Assembly: GCA_045862955.1 (NCBI GenBank)
Contig: BTVI01000020.1
Location: forward strand, 1-64,000
Origin: Fimbriimonadales bacterium
GTDB lineage: Bacteria; Armatimonadota; Fimbriimonadia; Fimbriimonadales; JABRVX01
Reading direction: 5' to 3'
DNA length: 64,000 bases
Part shown: positions 21,539 to 30,665 of the stretch, piece by piece
Layout of the letters: each line of letters opens with the position of its first letter
Position numbering within the stretch: position 1 is the first letter of the stretch
Made by a program: the position numbers and the translations under genes
The notes under the pieces: generated by a model
Told to the model about the DNA's origin: nothing
The model's input: only the letters and a program-made list of their open reading frames with translations
Database searches by the model: none

Positions 21539-22109
21539 ATCGGTATTCGGCCCGGTCGTTCGTTGCCACGATCACGATGCCCCGGCTACGGGCAGTCTCG
21601 ACGATGCGATCGACGATCGCCCTACCCGCCTCGTCGAGCCCGGCTCCCGGCTCGTCGAGAAGTAGTACCGGCGGTTCGTGCATGGTTGCGAGTGCGAGGC
21701 GTAGACGCTGCTTCATCCCCGTAGAGTAGGCGGCCACACGGTCATCGCCCCGTCCCTCCAGACCGACGTGTTGGAGGCATGCTCGGGGATCGAAGGCGCT
21801 CAGCCCCCGAAGGCGTGCGAAGAAGCGAAGGTTCTCGCTACCGGTGAGGGCCTCGTACAGCGATTGCTCGGGGGAGCAAAGACCGATGCGGTTTCGCGGT
21901 TCGCCGACGCAGCCTTCGACCGCCGCTTCGCCTTCGGTAGCCGGGATGACTCCGGCGAGGATTCTCAACAGGGTGCTCTTGCCCGCACCATTCCGGCCCG
22001 CGACCACCAGGCTGTCTCCGAGCACCAGGTCCAGGTCGAGCGCTCGGAACACCCAGCGGCGCTCGAACCGCTTTCCGAGTCCGCGGACTCGCAGCGCCAC
22101 CCCGCTCAT
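21507..22109 (-). CDS. ccmA: Heme exporter ATPase CcmA
   Basis: GRNGAGKST, YSTGMKQR, LLLDEP; start at MSGVALRV. Confidence 0.85.
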   Translation of the reverse strand: MSGVALRVRGLGKRFERRWVFRALDLDLVLGDSLVVAGRNGAGKSTLLRILAGVIPATEGEAAVEGCVGEPRNRIGLCSPEQSLYEALTGSENLRFFARLRGLSAFDPRACLQHVGLEGRGDDRVAAYSTGMKQRLRLALATMHEPPVLLLDEPGAGLDEAGRAIVDRIVETARSRGIVIVATNDRAEYRYGDRRLELGC

Positions 22110-22213
22110 CGGCGCGGATTGTACCTGCGCGCCGTAGTTCCGCCGTCCCGGCAATGCTCCGCACCCGTAGATGCTCGAGGACGATGCCGATGGTGCGGCA
22201 CATCGGGAATGAC

Positions 22214-22242
22214 GCGGGCGGCGGGGGAACCCCGCCGCCCGC
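22214..22242. terminator. GC-rich hairpin GCGGGCGGCGGGG-GAA-CCCCGCCGCCCGC
   Basis: Perfect inverted repeat ~40 nt after the PEP-CTERM gene stop. Confidence 0.55.
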
Positions 22243-22282
22243 CATGTTCGACGAGCACCAGCGTGATGCCGAGGCTGTCCGA

Positions 22283-22993
22283 TTACTTCTTTCGTCGCGC
22301 AGCCAGCAGCCCGACGAGACCAACCGCCAGCGCTGCGATGCTCCCCGGCTCGGGAACGTTTGCAAAGCCGGGGGTGTCCTGCCCCCCTACCGGATCGAAC
22401 TGCCCAATATTCCAGCCACCGCTGCCATTCGGATAGCGATACACATGGCTGGGAGCGAACGAGCCGTCCGGCCCCACTACGATCGGCGAGTAGTACTTCT
22501 CGCTGGTGGTGGCAGTCGGGTCGATAACGATGGAGACCCAGTCGAGGATGCTTGCCCAAGGCGTGATGTCTAGCGTGCCGTTGTCGTCCAGGTCGAGGTC
22601 CTGGTTCAGCGAGCCGGTGAACCCGGAGACCAGCATGTGCGTGACGTTGTCCGAGTTTTCGAAGTTCAACGGGTTGCTACCAGTCAGAACGAGATCCGGA
22701 GTCCCCAGAGTGAACGTCGACTCGGTCACCAAGAAGAAGCCGTCCGAGGCAATCGAGTAGCCGGTAAGGCTCGCGACGACCTCGACGACGCCGCTTCCTC
22801 CCGTGCCGTCGCCGATGACGAGGTAAGTAAGGCCGTTCAGGGAGTAGCCGGGCGCGCCGAACAGCTCGAAATACTCGTCGTTGTCCGTGCCGGGCTGGTC
22901 AGTGCGGATCTCGTTGATGACGGGAACCGCGAACGCTGAAGAGAGAAAGCCGAGCCCGAGGGCGGCCGTGCAAATCCTAAAGCCGAAAGCCAT
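22283..22993 (-). CDS. PEP-CTERM protein with lamin-tail-like domain
   Basis: Signal peptide; PVINEI...EYFEL, DTPG; VPEPG + TM + RRKK. Confidence 0.85.
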   Translation of the reverse strand: MAFGFRICTAALGLGFLSSAFAVPVINEIRTDQPGTDNDEYFELFGAPGYSLNGLTYLVIGDGTGGSGVVEVVASLTGYSIASDGFFLVTESTFTLGTPDLVLTGSNPLNFENSDNVTHMLVSGFTGSLNQDLDLDDNGTLDITPWASILDWVSIVIDPTATTSEKYYSPIVVGPDGSFAPSHVYRYPNGSGGWNIGQFDPVGGQDTPGFANVPEPGSIAALAVGLVGLLAARRKK

Positions 22994-23045
22994 TTCGCAT
23001 CTCCTTTTGCTGAATAGGGGATCAGCCTCCGGCTGGGTCGAGCCA

Positions 23046-23175
23046 CGAAACAAAACAGAGCCGGAAACACGCTCCGGCTAGCACACCGGAATCCTACCTG
23101 CTCGGTGACCTTCGAAGCCGGACCAGGAAGCCGAAGACCTAAGTCTGGTCTCGAAGACCCCGCGTCGGCTCCCGC
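23046..23175 (-). promoter_or_regulatory. Structured 5' leader with terminator/antiterminator (riboswitch-like)
   Basis: Multi-stem junction followed by AGCCGGA-loop-TCCGGCT-CTGTTTTGTTT, with an overlapping alternative stem TCCGG/CCGGA. Confidence 0.5.
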
Positions 23176-23219
23176 CGCCGAACGGTCTGCTGCAGCGCTC
23201 CACCTTGCGAGGCTAGGGC

Positions 23220-23266
23220 TTGACAAGCTGTTGGCGAGGAGGTACAATATTTAGGAGTCCTAAATA
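23220..23266 (+). promoter_or_regulatory. Sigma70 promoter TTGACA-17-TACAAT with overlapping operator TATTTAGGA-G-TCCTAAATA
   Basis: -35 at 23220-23225, -10 at 23243-23248, perfect palindrome at 23248-23266, just before marR. Confidence 0.85.
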
Positions 23267-23284
23267 ATTTCCGCGGATGAGCCA

Positions 23285-23947
23285 ATGAACAACCATCGGT
23301 TTGAACGAGAGAGCGGAACCCTGGAAGAGAGGCTGAGTGCGGCGCTGGCGAAAGTGGCCTTGGCGTCACGCCACGCTTTGGTCCGGCGCGCTGCGCAGGA
23401 CGGGCTCTCCGCCGTCCAGGCTCAGGTGCTAAGCGTCTTGGTGCGCGAAGGCAGCATCGAGGCCGGTCCGCTCGCGGCTCGTTTGGGGCTCACCGGCCCG
23501 ACCGTCAGCGACGCGGTTGCCGCGTTGGAAAGGAAGGGATACGTCCGACGCGAGCAGGTGGCAGGAGACCGACGTCGCGTTCGGGTATGCGCCACAGCCT
23601 CCGGTGCTGCTATCGGGACGAGACTGGCGTTGTGGCCAGAGATCCTGCTCCACGGGCTGGAGCCCCTCTCAGAACCAGAGAGAGCGGTCCTCTTCAGCGC
23701 ACTGAGCAAAGTCATCCTTTCGCTCCTAGACCGAGGGGTGATTCAGGAAGCGAGAATGTGCGCGACGTGTTCGCACTTTCGGCCGCTCGTGCACCCGGGC
23801 AGTCCCGAGCCTCACCACTGCGCCCTCGTAGACGTTCCGCTAGGCCCGAGTGCACTCCGAATCGATTGCCCGGACCACGACCAAGGCCGCACCCCCAGTG
23901 AAGCGTTGGCAATCGTCGGTGCCTGGTCCGAAGGATCTGGGACGTGA
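23285..23947 (+). CDS. MarR-family regulator with C-terminal Cys/His-rich domain
   Basis: wHTH (TVSDAVAALERKG...DRR); RMCATCSHF...HHCALVD...RIDCPDH. Confidence 0.85.
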   Translation: MNNHRFERESGTLEERLSAALAKVALASRHALVRRAAQDGLSAVQAQVLSVLVREGSIEAGPLAARLGLTGPTVSDAVAALERKGYVRREQVAGDRRRVRVCATASGAAIGTRLALWPEILLHGLEPLSEPERAVLFSALSKVILSLLDRGVIQEARMCATCSHFRPLVHPGSPEPHHCALVDVPLGPSALRIDCPDHDQGRTPSEALAIVGAWSEGSGT

Positions 23948-24072
23948 AGGTTTCGGCAGGTTAGCCGTGCCAAACGGTGCGCACTGGCTTGTCGAGTCTC
24001 GTTCCGCTGGGAGCGGAAAGGCCACAAACCCATCGGAACCAATGAACATTCATCGAGAAGATAGGAGGAACA

Positions 24073-24309
24073 ATGGCAAGAGCGATCTTCTACCATGCGG
24101 GGTGTCCAGTCTGCGTAGATGCCGAGAGGCAGCTGGTCGAGGCACTGGATAGGACCCGTTACGAGGTCGAGGTGGTGCACCTGGGGCAGGCTATGGATCG
24201 GATTGCCGAAGCCGAGCGGGCAGGCGTCAAGTCCGTCCCCGCCGTGGTGATCGACGACGTGCCTTTTCACATCAACTTCGGGGCTGCCCTTCAGGATCTG
24301 AAGGGCTAG
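24073..24309 (+). CDS. Small thioredoxin/glutaredoxin-like protein
   Basis: AGGAGG RBS; CPVC; GVKSVP. Confidence 0.85.
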   Translation: MARAIFYHAGCPVCVDAERQLVEALDRTRYEVEVVHLGQAMDRIAEAERAGVKSVPAVVIDDVPFHINFGAALQDLKG

Positions 24310-24321
24310 AGAGGAACCTAG

Positions 24322-24352
24322 GGGTTCGGGTCCTGCAGAAGGACCCGAACCC
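24322..24352. terminator. Hairpin between convergent genes
   Basis: GGGTTCGGGTCCT-GCAGA-AGGACCCGAACCC. Confidence 0.7.
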
Positions 24353-24356
24353 GCAG

Positions 24357-25175
24357 CTAGAACTGCTGTGGCGCCGACCAGAGGTTCGGGCGCTCTTCGT
24401 AGGCCACGTTCAGAAACATCAGGTCCGGGTCGAGCGCCTCCACGTGGCCGTCCACGAACAACATCACGACCCCACGGTGCGGGTGGCGGGGATGCGTGTT
24501 GCCTGGTAGCCAGGGTCTGCCCGCATCGGTTCGCCGCACTCCCAACCGCGTGATTCGCTTGGTCTCTTCGTCTGCCCGCTCGTTCGAGTTGTCGAAGGCG
24601 AGAAGGAAACCGTCGTTGCCCCCTGCCATGGGTAGCGGGTCGAAGCTACTCGCGCGCCCTCCCGCAACCGAGTCAGCGATGAGAGCAGTCGCCGCCGCCC
24701 GCTCGATACGGTTCCTGTCGGCTCCCGCTACGCCAACGAACATGCCGTAGGTGAGCAGGATGTCTCCTGCGCCGGCAACGGGCTCCGGGTTGGTCAGCAC
24801 CGTATGCTCCTCCGGACCGGCGGCAGGGCACCGAAACGCTTTCGGGTCTCCCACGCGGCCCACGAGCGAGGTGACCCAGGTGCGCGGCCGGCCTCTGCTG
24901 TCCAGTGCGACGTCACCATTCTCGCCCCGAACGTAGGCGGGCGGAAGACGGTCACCGGAATCCAGCATGTAGAGCTGGAGCGCGGTGTAGATTCGGTGCA
25001 TGTTGCTCTGGCAGGCGACGTAACGGGCGTTGTCTCGGAAGTAGAGAAACAGCCAATAGAGCAGCGCAAGCAGAACCAATATCGCAACGAAAGCCACTCT
25101 CTTGTCGGTCGGGGTCAGGTGTAGGCCCTTGCTGCGCTCTTCGCCCGGCTCGACCGGCACGGCGGCTCCTGTCAC
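24357..25175 (-). CDS. DUF1559-like / H-X9-DG pilin-associated membrane protein
   Basis: TM followed by ARYVACQSNMHRI; C-terminal RH...MLFVDGH. Confidence 0.7.
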   Translation of the reverse strand: MTGAAVPVEPGEERSKGLHLTPTDKRVAFVAILVLLALLYWLFLYFRDNARYVACQSNMHRIYTALQLYMLDSGDRLPPAYVRGENGDVALDSRGRPRTWVTSLVGRVGDPKAFRCPAAGPEEHTVLTNPEPVAGAGDILLTYGMFVGVAGADRNRIERAAATALIADSVAGGRASSFDPLPMAGGNDGFLLAFDNSNERADEETKRITRLGVRRTDAGRPWLPGNTHPRHPHRGVVMLFVDGHVEALDPDLMFLNVAYEERPNLWSAPQQF

Positions 25176-26125
25176 GAGCCAGGCGGCGTGAAGCCGGTAG
25201 AAGCGGTCTCGCCCCGTCGGGGCCAGTTCACCGCTTCCAGCATTCTGGAGATGGCTTCGTGGTCGGGTGCGAAGTCGTCAGAGCCGATAAAGCGCGTCGG
25301 CAGGATCACGCTCTTCACGTCGGTAGAAGGGTTCAGGCTACGTCCCCAGAGCATCAAAGAGGCGAGCTGGTTGGCATCCAGCCCGGTCACGCTGCGGCGA
25401 ACGGTCTCCGCGATACGCGGGATGGCGACGGGCGGCTGCTCAGCGATTCGACGCTGCAGGGCGAGCAGGAACTTCTGCTGACGCTTGCCACGAAGGAAGT
25501 CGTTGTCCGTGTGTCGGAAGCGCACGTACCCCATCGCTTGCTCGCCGTTCAGCACCTGGGGGCCCTTCTTCAGGTTAATGTACAGGCCTCCGGCGCGGTC
25601 CCTGTATTTCATGTCCTTCTCGACATCCAGCCATACGCCGCCGACTTCGTCCACCAGCCGCTTGAAGCCCTGATAGTTCAGCGTCACCACGTAATCAATC
25701 TCGACACCCAGCACGTTCTCGACGGTGGCCTTGGCCAGCTCCGGGCCGCCATACGCGTTGGCGGCGTTGATCTTGGAGCGTCCCCGTCGCCCAGGAATCT
25801 CCACGTAGGTGTCTCGCGGAATAGAGATGAGAAAAGCGTGCTTGTTACGGAGGTCCAGCCGCGCAACCATCATCGTGTCGCTGCGGGTGTGATCGAACGT
25901 GACGAAACCCCTCCTGCCGTAGTTCGCGTCTACGCCTAACGCGAGAATGGTGATGGTGTCCTTGGCGAACACTTTCTCCGGGGAGGTGCCGCCAGCGAGG
26001 TTCATCAGAGCAGCCGTGAGTAGTGGGCTGCCCCCGAGCGTCATGCCCGCACCGAGGGCCACTCCACACAGGAGCGCCCAGGAGCACCACTTCAGCAGAA
26101 CCTTCCAAGTCGGCGAGCTGTTCAT
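25172..26125 (-). CDS. LCP (LytR-CpsA-Psr) family protein
   Basis: RSDTMM, SIPRDT, KINAA, YVRFRH, D..R..RQQ. Confidence 0.9.
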   Translation of the reverse strand: MNSSPTWKVLLKWCSWALLCGVALGAGMTLGGSPLLTAALMNLAGGTSPEKVFAKDTITILALGVDANYGRRGFVTFDHTRSDTMMVARLDLRNKHAFLISIPRDTYVEIPGRRGRSKINAANAYGGPELAKATVENVLGVEIDYVVTLNYQGFKRLVDEVGGVWLDVEKDMKYRDRAGGLYINLKKGPQVLNGEQAMGYVRFRHTDNDFLRGKRQQKFLLALQRRIAEQPPVAIPRIAETVRRSVTGLDANQLASLMLWGRSLNPSTDVKSVILPTRFIGSDDFAPDHEAISRMLEAVNWPRRGETASTGFTPPGS

Positions 26126-26272
26126 AGACCTCCGGACGAACAGAACTGGATTCGGGGGAACGAGTGTAGCACTCGGGTACCGACCGAGTCAAAGCTTCGG
26201 GACCACGGCGATCCCGGCTAGGTGAAGCCCGACCCCGCACCCGCCGGCTTCACGCAGGGGCAACCAGTCTGA

Positions 26273-27160
26273 GGAAGGGAGAGGAAGGCAGCCTCCCTCT
26301 CCCCCGACACCGGGGGAGAGGGCTGGGGTGAGGGGGGCTCGTCACCGCCAGCAGGCTGGACCGTGGTGGACGGCCGGAAGAACCCTCACCTCAATCCTCT
26401 CCCTTGGGAAGGGAGAGGAAGGCAGCCTCCCTCTCCCCCGTACCGGGGGAGAGGGCTGGGGTGAGGGGGGCTCACCACCGCCAGCAGGCGGGACCGTGGT
26501 GCACGGCCGGGAGAACCCTCACCTCGATCCTCTCCCTTAGGAAGGGAGAGGAAGGCAGCCTCCCTCTCCCCCGAAACCGGGGGAGAGGGCTGGGGTGAGG
26601 GGGCTCACCACCACCAGCAGGCTGGGCCGTGGTGGACGGCCGGGAGAACCCTCACCTCGATCCTCTCCCTTGGGAAGGGAGAGGAAGGCACCCTCCCTCT
26701 CCCCCGAAACCGGGGGAGAGGGCTGGGGTGAGGGGGCTCATCACCACCAGCAGGCGGGACCGTGGTGGACCGCCGGAAGAACCCTCACCTCAATCCTCTC
26801 CCTTGGGAAGGGAGAGGAAGGCACCCTCCCTCTCCCCCGACACCGGGGGAGAGGGCTGGGGTGAGGGGGTCCTCTCCGCCAGCAGGCTGGACCGTGATGG
26901 CCAACTGGGAGAACCCTCACCTCAATCCTCTCCCTTAGGAAGGGAGAGGAAGGCACCCTCCCTCTCCCCCGACACCGGGGGAGAGGGCTGGGGTGAGGGG
27001 GGCTCACCACCACCAGCAGGCGGGACCGTGGTGGACAACCGGGAGAACCCTCACCTCAATCCTCTCCCGTAGGAAGGGAGAGGAAGGCACCCTCCCTCTC
27101 CCCCGACACCGGGGGAGAGGGCTGGGGTGAGGGGGTCCTCTCCGCAAGCAGGCGGGACCA
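26273..27160. repeat. Tandem repeat, ~133-bp unit, ~6.6 copies, of CCCTCTCCCCC/GGGGGAGAGGG palindromes
   Basis: Unit starts at ~26273, 26407, 26540, 26673, 26806, 26938, 27072. Confidence 0.92.
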
Positions 27161-27224
27161 CGGCAGATAGCGGCGTATGCGACTGAGCGACCCTAGCGCT
27201 GGCAACGCGCCACCCGCCGTCCCG

Positions 27225-30200
27225 TCAGGGTTGGATCAGCTTTGGTAGCGAAAGGTTCGGGCGCTTGCTGAAGTCCGGCTTCGGTGGAGGCTCTTTCGCC
27301 AGTCGCTCCATCACCATCTCGATGGCCTTCTCCATCTGCGGGTCGCGGCCCGCCACGTAGTCCTGAGGCGTGACGTCTATGTCCACGTCCGGGTCGGTGC
27401 CATAGTTTTCCACACCCCATCCGACGTCGAAGAACCAGAAGGAGAACTCGGGCTGCGAGGTGATGGTGCCGTCGGCCAGTTGGTTGCGCGGCCAGATGCC
27501 TATCACGCCACCCCAGGTGCGCTTGCCGATCAGCGGCCCGAGGCCCATCAGCTTCCACCCATGGCTAACGATGTCACCGTCGGAACCCGCCCACTCGTTG
27601 GTCAGCGCGACCATGGGGCCTGCTACCGAGAATGGCGGATACGGCTCCGGCTGACCCCATCGCGGCACGTCGTAGCCGATCCGCTTGCGCGCCAGTTTTT
27701 CCAGGAGCAAGGATGATACGTGCCCGCCTCGGTTGTAACGCACATCCACGATCATGGCCTCGCGTGCCACCTCGGCTAGGAAGAGGCGGTGGAACTCGGC
27801 ATACCCCGCGGGCCCCATGTCGGGTATGTGCACGTAACCGACGCGGCCGCTGGTCTTCTCGTGCACGTAGCGGCGGTTGGCTTCCACCCACTCTCGGTAC
27901 CGCAGCTTGAACTCGCCCTTCAGTGCCTTGACGGTTACATCACGCCTCGTACCGTCCGGGCTCTCGACCGTCAACACCACCTCGGCATCTGCCTGATGGA
28001 CGAGCGCTTGGTAGGGCGAGTAGTCCTTCGACAATGGCCGACCATTCACAGCTACCAGTGCGTCACCGACACGAACATTGACACCCGGTGCGAGAAGGGG
28101 TGACGAGCAGTGTTCCTCTCCCGGCGCCCCGTGCAAAATGGAAGTGAAGCGGTAGTGCGTTCCGTCGAAGGCGATGTCCGCGCCGAGGAAACCTTGCGGA
28201 TAGGTAGGCTCGGGTCGGTAGTCGCCACCGAACTCGTAGGCGTGCGAAGTGCCCAGCTCGCCTTGCATCTCCCATACCAGATCGGAGAACTCGCCGCGAG
28301 TGGTAACCCGATCGATGAGAGGTGCGTAGCGGTCCCAAACCGCATCCCACTCGACCTGCGACATGTCCTCGGTCCAGAAGTGCTCGCGTTGCAGCCGCCA
28401 CGCTTCTCGTGCCATTTGCTTCCACTCAATGGGTGGAATCACGGACAGTTTGATACGTGACAGGTCCACCCATCCCGACTGGCGTCCCGGCGACTCCTTC
28501 TCCATCTTCTCGTCCGGCTTTGCCCCGGCCTTAACCACGCGGAGCCTGGTTCCCGCTTGGTATGCCATGGTCTTCGAGTCGCGTGACAGAGCGAAACCAG
28601 TGATGCCCTGCACTAGCGGCTCTGCCTTCTGCGTCTCGAAGTCGAACACTTCCAGCGTGGCGCGCGCGGGAGGCTCCATCTCCGGCCAGGGGATGTCCAG
28701 CGCGCCCATCGGCTGGAGCGAGGCGAACAGCACCTTGCCGGGCAGGCCGGCGATGCGCTCGTAGATCCCCTCCGGCACCGGGAACGCCTGCACCCGCTCG
28801 GTGATACCCTCTAGATCGATCTCGACGGGCTTCGGGCCTTCTTGCTTCTTCTCACCCTCTTCGGCGGGCGGCGTCTCCGGCTTAGAAGGCTCGAGGGGAC
28901 GCGGCTCTGGTAGGAACGGCGAGCGGGCATCCGCCTTCAACGTGATCACGTAGGGCTTCATCCCTTTGGGGAAGCCGAGGTCGAAGTGCAGATTGTCATA
29001 CACCGGGTTGAGCACTCGCATGCCGAGGAAGTACAGGTACTTGCCCTCCGGGTCGAACGCAGGCTCGATATCATGCAGCACGGGTTCCGTAGCGAAGTAG
29101 GCATCACCCGTCTCGCGGTTCCAGATCTTGATAGCAGTGACGTAACTACTGCTCGAAAGCCCATACGCGGCCCAGCGTCCGTCCGGCGACCAACAGAACC
29201 CCTGGATGGGCCGGGCCGGACTGGCATCTACTCGCGTGCACGTACCGGCCTCCAGATCTACGAACACTAACTCGTTGCGATGATTGGCGAGCAGCGCATG
29301 GTCCGCGGTGGGAGAGATGCGCACTTCCGCGGGCCGTCCGATATCGAGCCCTTCGAGACGCTTACACTCCCCCGTCTTGGTGTCATGGATGTCGAGTGCG
29401 TAGTCGCCGCCCTGGTCCGTGACTGTCAGCACGCGTTTGCCATCGTTCAGCCACCTCGTCAGCCGATACCTAACAAGGGCATCGGGATGTCCTTGCGGCA
29501 CGACTGCGCCTTCCCAGTTGCCCATCACGAAGCTCTTGCCGCGTGCGTTAATGGCCAGCGAGTGTCCCTCGGGATGCAGATCGTAGGTCTCCAGATACTT
29601 GGCCGCGTCCACGAACTTGCGCTGGCGCTGCGCACGGGAGCCCGTATACTCGACGTTCACCTTTCCGGACTTGTCGGACGCAATGTCATATACGTATAGG
29701 TCCGCGCCAGCGTGGTATACGATGCGCTTTCCGTCGCTGTTAGGAAATCGGACGAAGTAGTCTGCGTGATGGGTGTGTCTCTTCAGGTCCTCGCCTTTCG
29801 GCGTGCACGAGTATAGGTTGGCGATGCCTTCGTGATCGGAGATGAAGTACACCCGCTCGCCGATCCACATAGGGCGCGCGAGGTTGCCCTTCAGCTGAAT
29901 CAGCCGCTCGAACTCCCCGTTTCCCTCGCGATCGATCCAGAGGTCGCCGGCGGTGCCTCCGCGATAGCGCTTCCACCTAGCGGGATCGTTGTTGTTCCGT
30001 CCGATCACGGCTGCCATGCCGCAGTGCACCCAAATGCTAACAGCGGGCCCCACGGGCCAGGGCTCGTGCATGCCCCCCGCAGGAGGAATGCGATGCACGT
30101 AGCCGATGCGGTCACGCGGTTGGCCGTAGTCCGTGCTGAACAGGATGTATGAGCCGCAAGGCGTCCACCCGAGCACCGTGCTGTTGCAGCCGAGGTAGGT

Positions 30201-30446
30201 GACCCGGCGCACGGGCCCGCCCTCGGCCGGCATCACGTACACCTCCGGGTTGCCCTCTTCGCGACCCGTGAAGGCGATGGTCTGGCCGTCCGGCGAGAAG
30301 TGCGGGTTGGCGATAGCCCCCAAGTTCGCGGTCAAGCGACGTGCCACGCCACCCCCGGCAGACACCTCCCACAGGTCGTCTTCGGACACGAAAACGATTC
30401 GGTCGCCATGGATAGCTGGAAAACGATAGTAACCGGATGCAGACAC
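27225..30446 (-). CDS. Tricorn protease (S41)
   Basis: Beta-propellers, WKRYRGGTAG, SHAY, PDZ, DVRYNRGG, AGSDGD, GKRTWGG; GTG start after GAGGGAGG. Confidence 0.93.
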   Translation of the reverse strand: MSASGYYRFPAIHGDRIVFVSEDDLWEVSAGGGVARRLTANLGAIANPHFSPDGQTIAFTGREEGNPEVYVMPAEGGPVRRVTYLGCNSTVLGWTPCGSYILFSTDYGQPRDRIGYVHRIPPAGGMHEPWPVGPAVSIWVHCGMAAVIGRNNNDPARWKRYRGGTAGDLWIDREGNGEFERLIQLKGNLARPMWIGERVYFISDHEGIANLYSCTPKGEDLKRHTHHADYFVRFPNSDGKRIVYHAGADLYVYDIASDKSGKVNVEYTGSRAQRQRKFVDAAKYLETYDLHPEGHSLAINARGKSFVMGNWEGAVVPQGHPDALVRYRLTRWLNDGKRVLTVTDQGGDYALDIHDTKTGECKRLEGLDIGRPAEVRISPTADHALLANHRNELVFVDLEAGTCTRVDASPARPIQGFCWSPDGRWAAYGLSSSSYVTAIKIWNRETGDAYFATEPVLHDIEPAFDPEGKYLYFLGMRVLNPVYDNLHFDLGFPKGMKPYVITLKADARSPFLPEPRPLEPSKPETPPAEEGEKKQEGPKPVEIDLEGITERVQAFPVPEGIYERIAGLPGKVLFASLQPMGALDIPWPEMEPPARATLEVFDFETQKAEPLVQGITGFALSRDSKTMAYQAGTRLRVVKAGAKPDEKMEKESPGRQSGWVDLSRIKLSVIPPIEWKQMAREAWRLQREHFWTEDMSQVEWDAVWDRYAPLIDRVTTRGEFSDLVWEMQGELGTSHAYEFGGDYRPEPTYPQGFLGADIAFDGTHYRFTSILHGAPGEEHCSSPLLAPGVNVRVGDALVAVNGRPLSKDYSPYQALVHQADAEVVLTVESPDGTRRDVTVKALKGEFKLRYREWVEANRRYVHEKTSGRVGYVHIPDMGPAGYAEFHRLFLAEVAREAMIVDVRYNRGGHVSSLLLEKLARKRIGYDVPRWGQPEPYPPFSVAGPMVALTNEWAGSDGDIVSHGWKLMGLGPLIGKRTWGGVIGIWPRNQLADGTITSQPEFSFWFFDVGWGVENYGTDPDVDIDVTPQDYVAGRDPQMEKAIEMVMERLAKEPPPKPDFSKRPNLSLPKLIQP

Positions 30447-30665
30447 TGCGCAGCCTCCCTCAATGCAGTGACCCGGTCCTCGGGCCCGGGTGGTCGGCAA
30501 ACGGCGCGCAGGCGATTGCGCGCCGCGCCCTGATCGCTCTCGGTTACGGCGCTCCAACGAGGTTCTCCTGCTCTAAGGTCCCAGCGGCAGTCCCGGCCCT
30601 GGGTGGCGCAAAGGAATAGCTCGGTCGCAAGCGAAAGCCCTACCGTGAACCCATACGACGTCGGG

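Noticed and set aside
26273..27160. Possible CRISPR array or coding repeat
   Set aside because: Whole 133-bp units are near-identical with no unique spacers, and unit lengths do not keep a frame.
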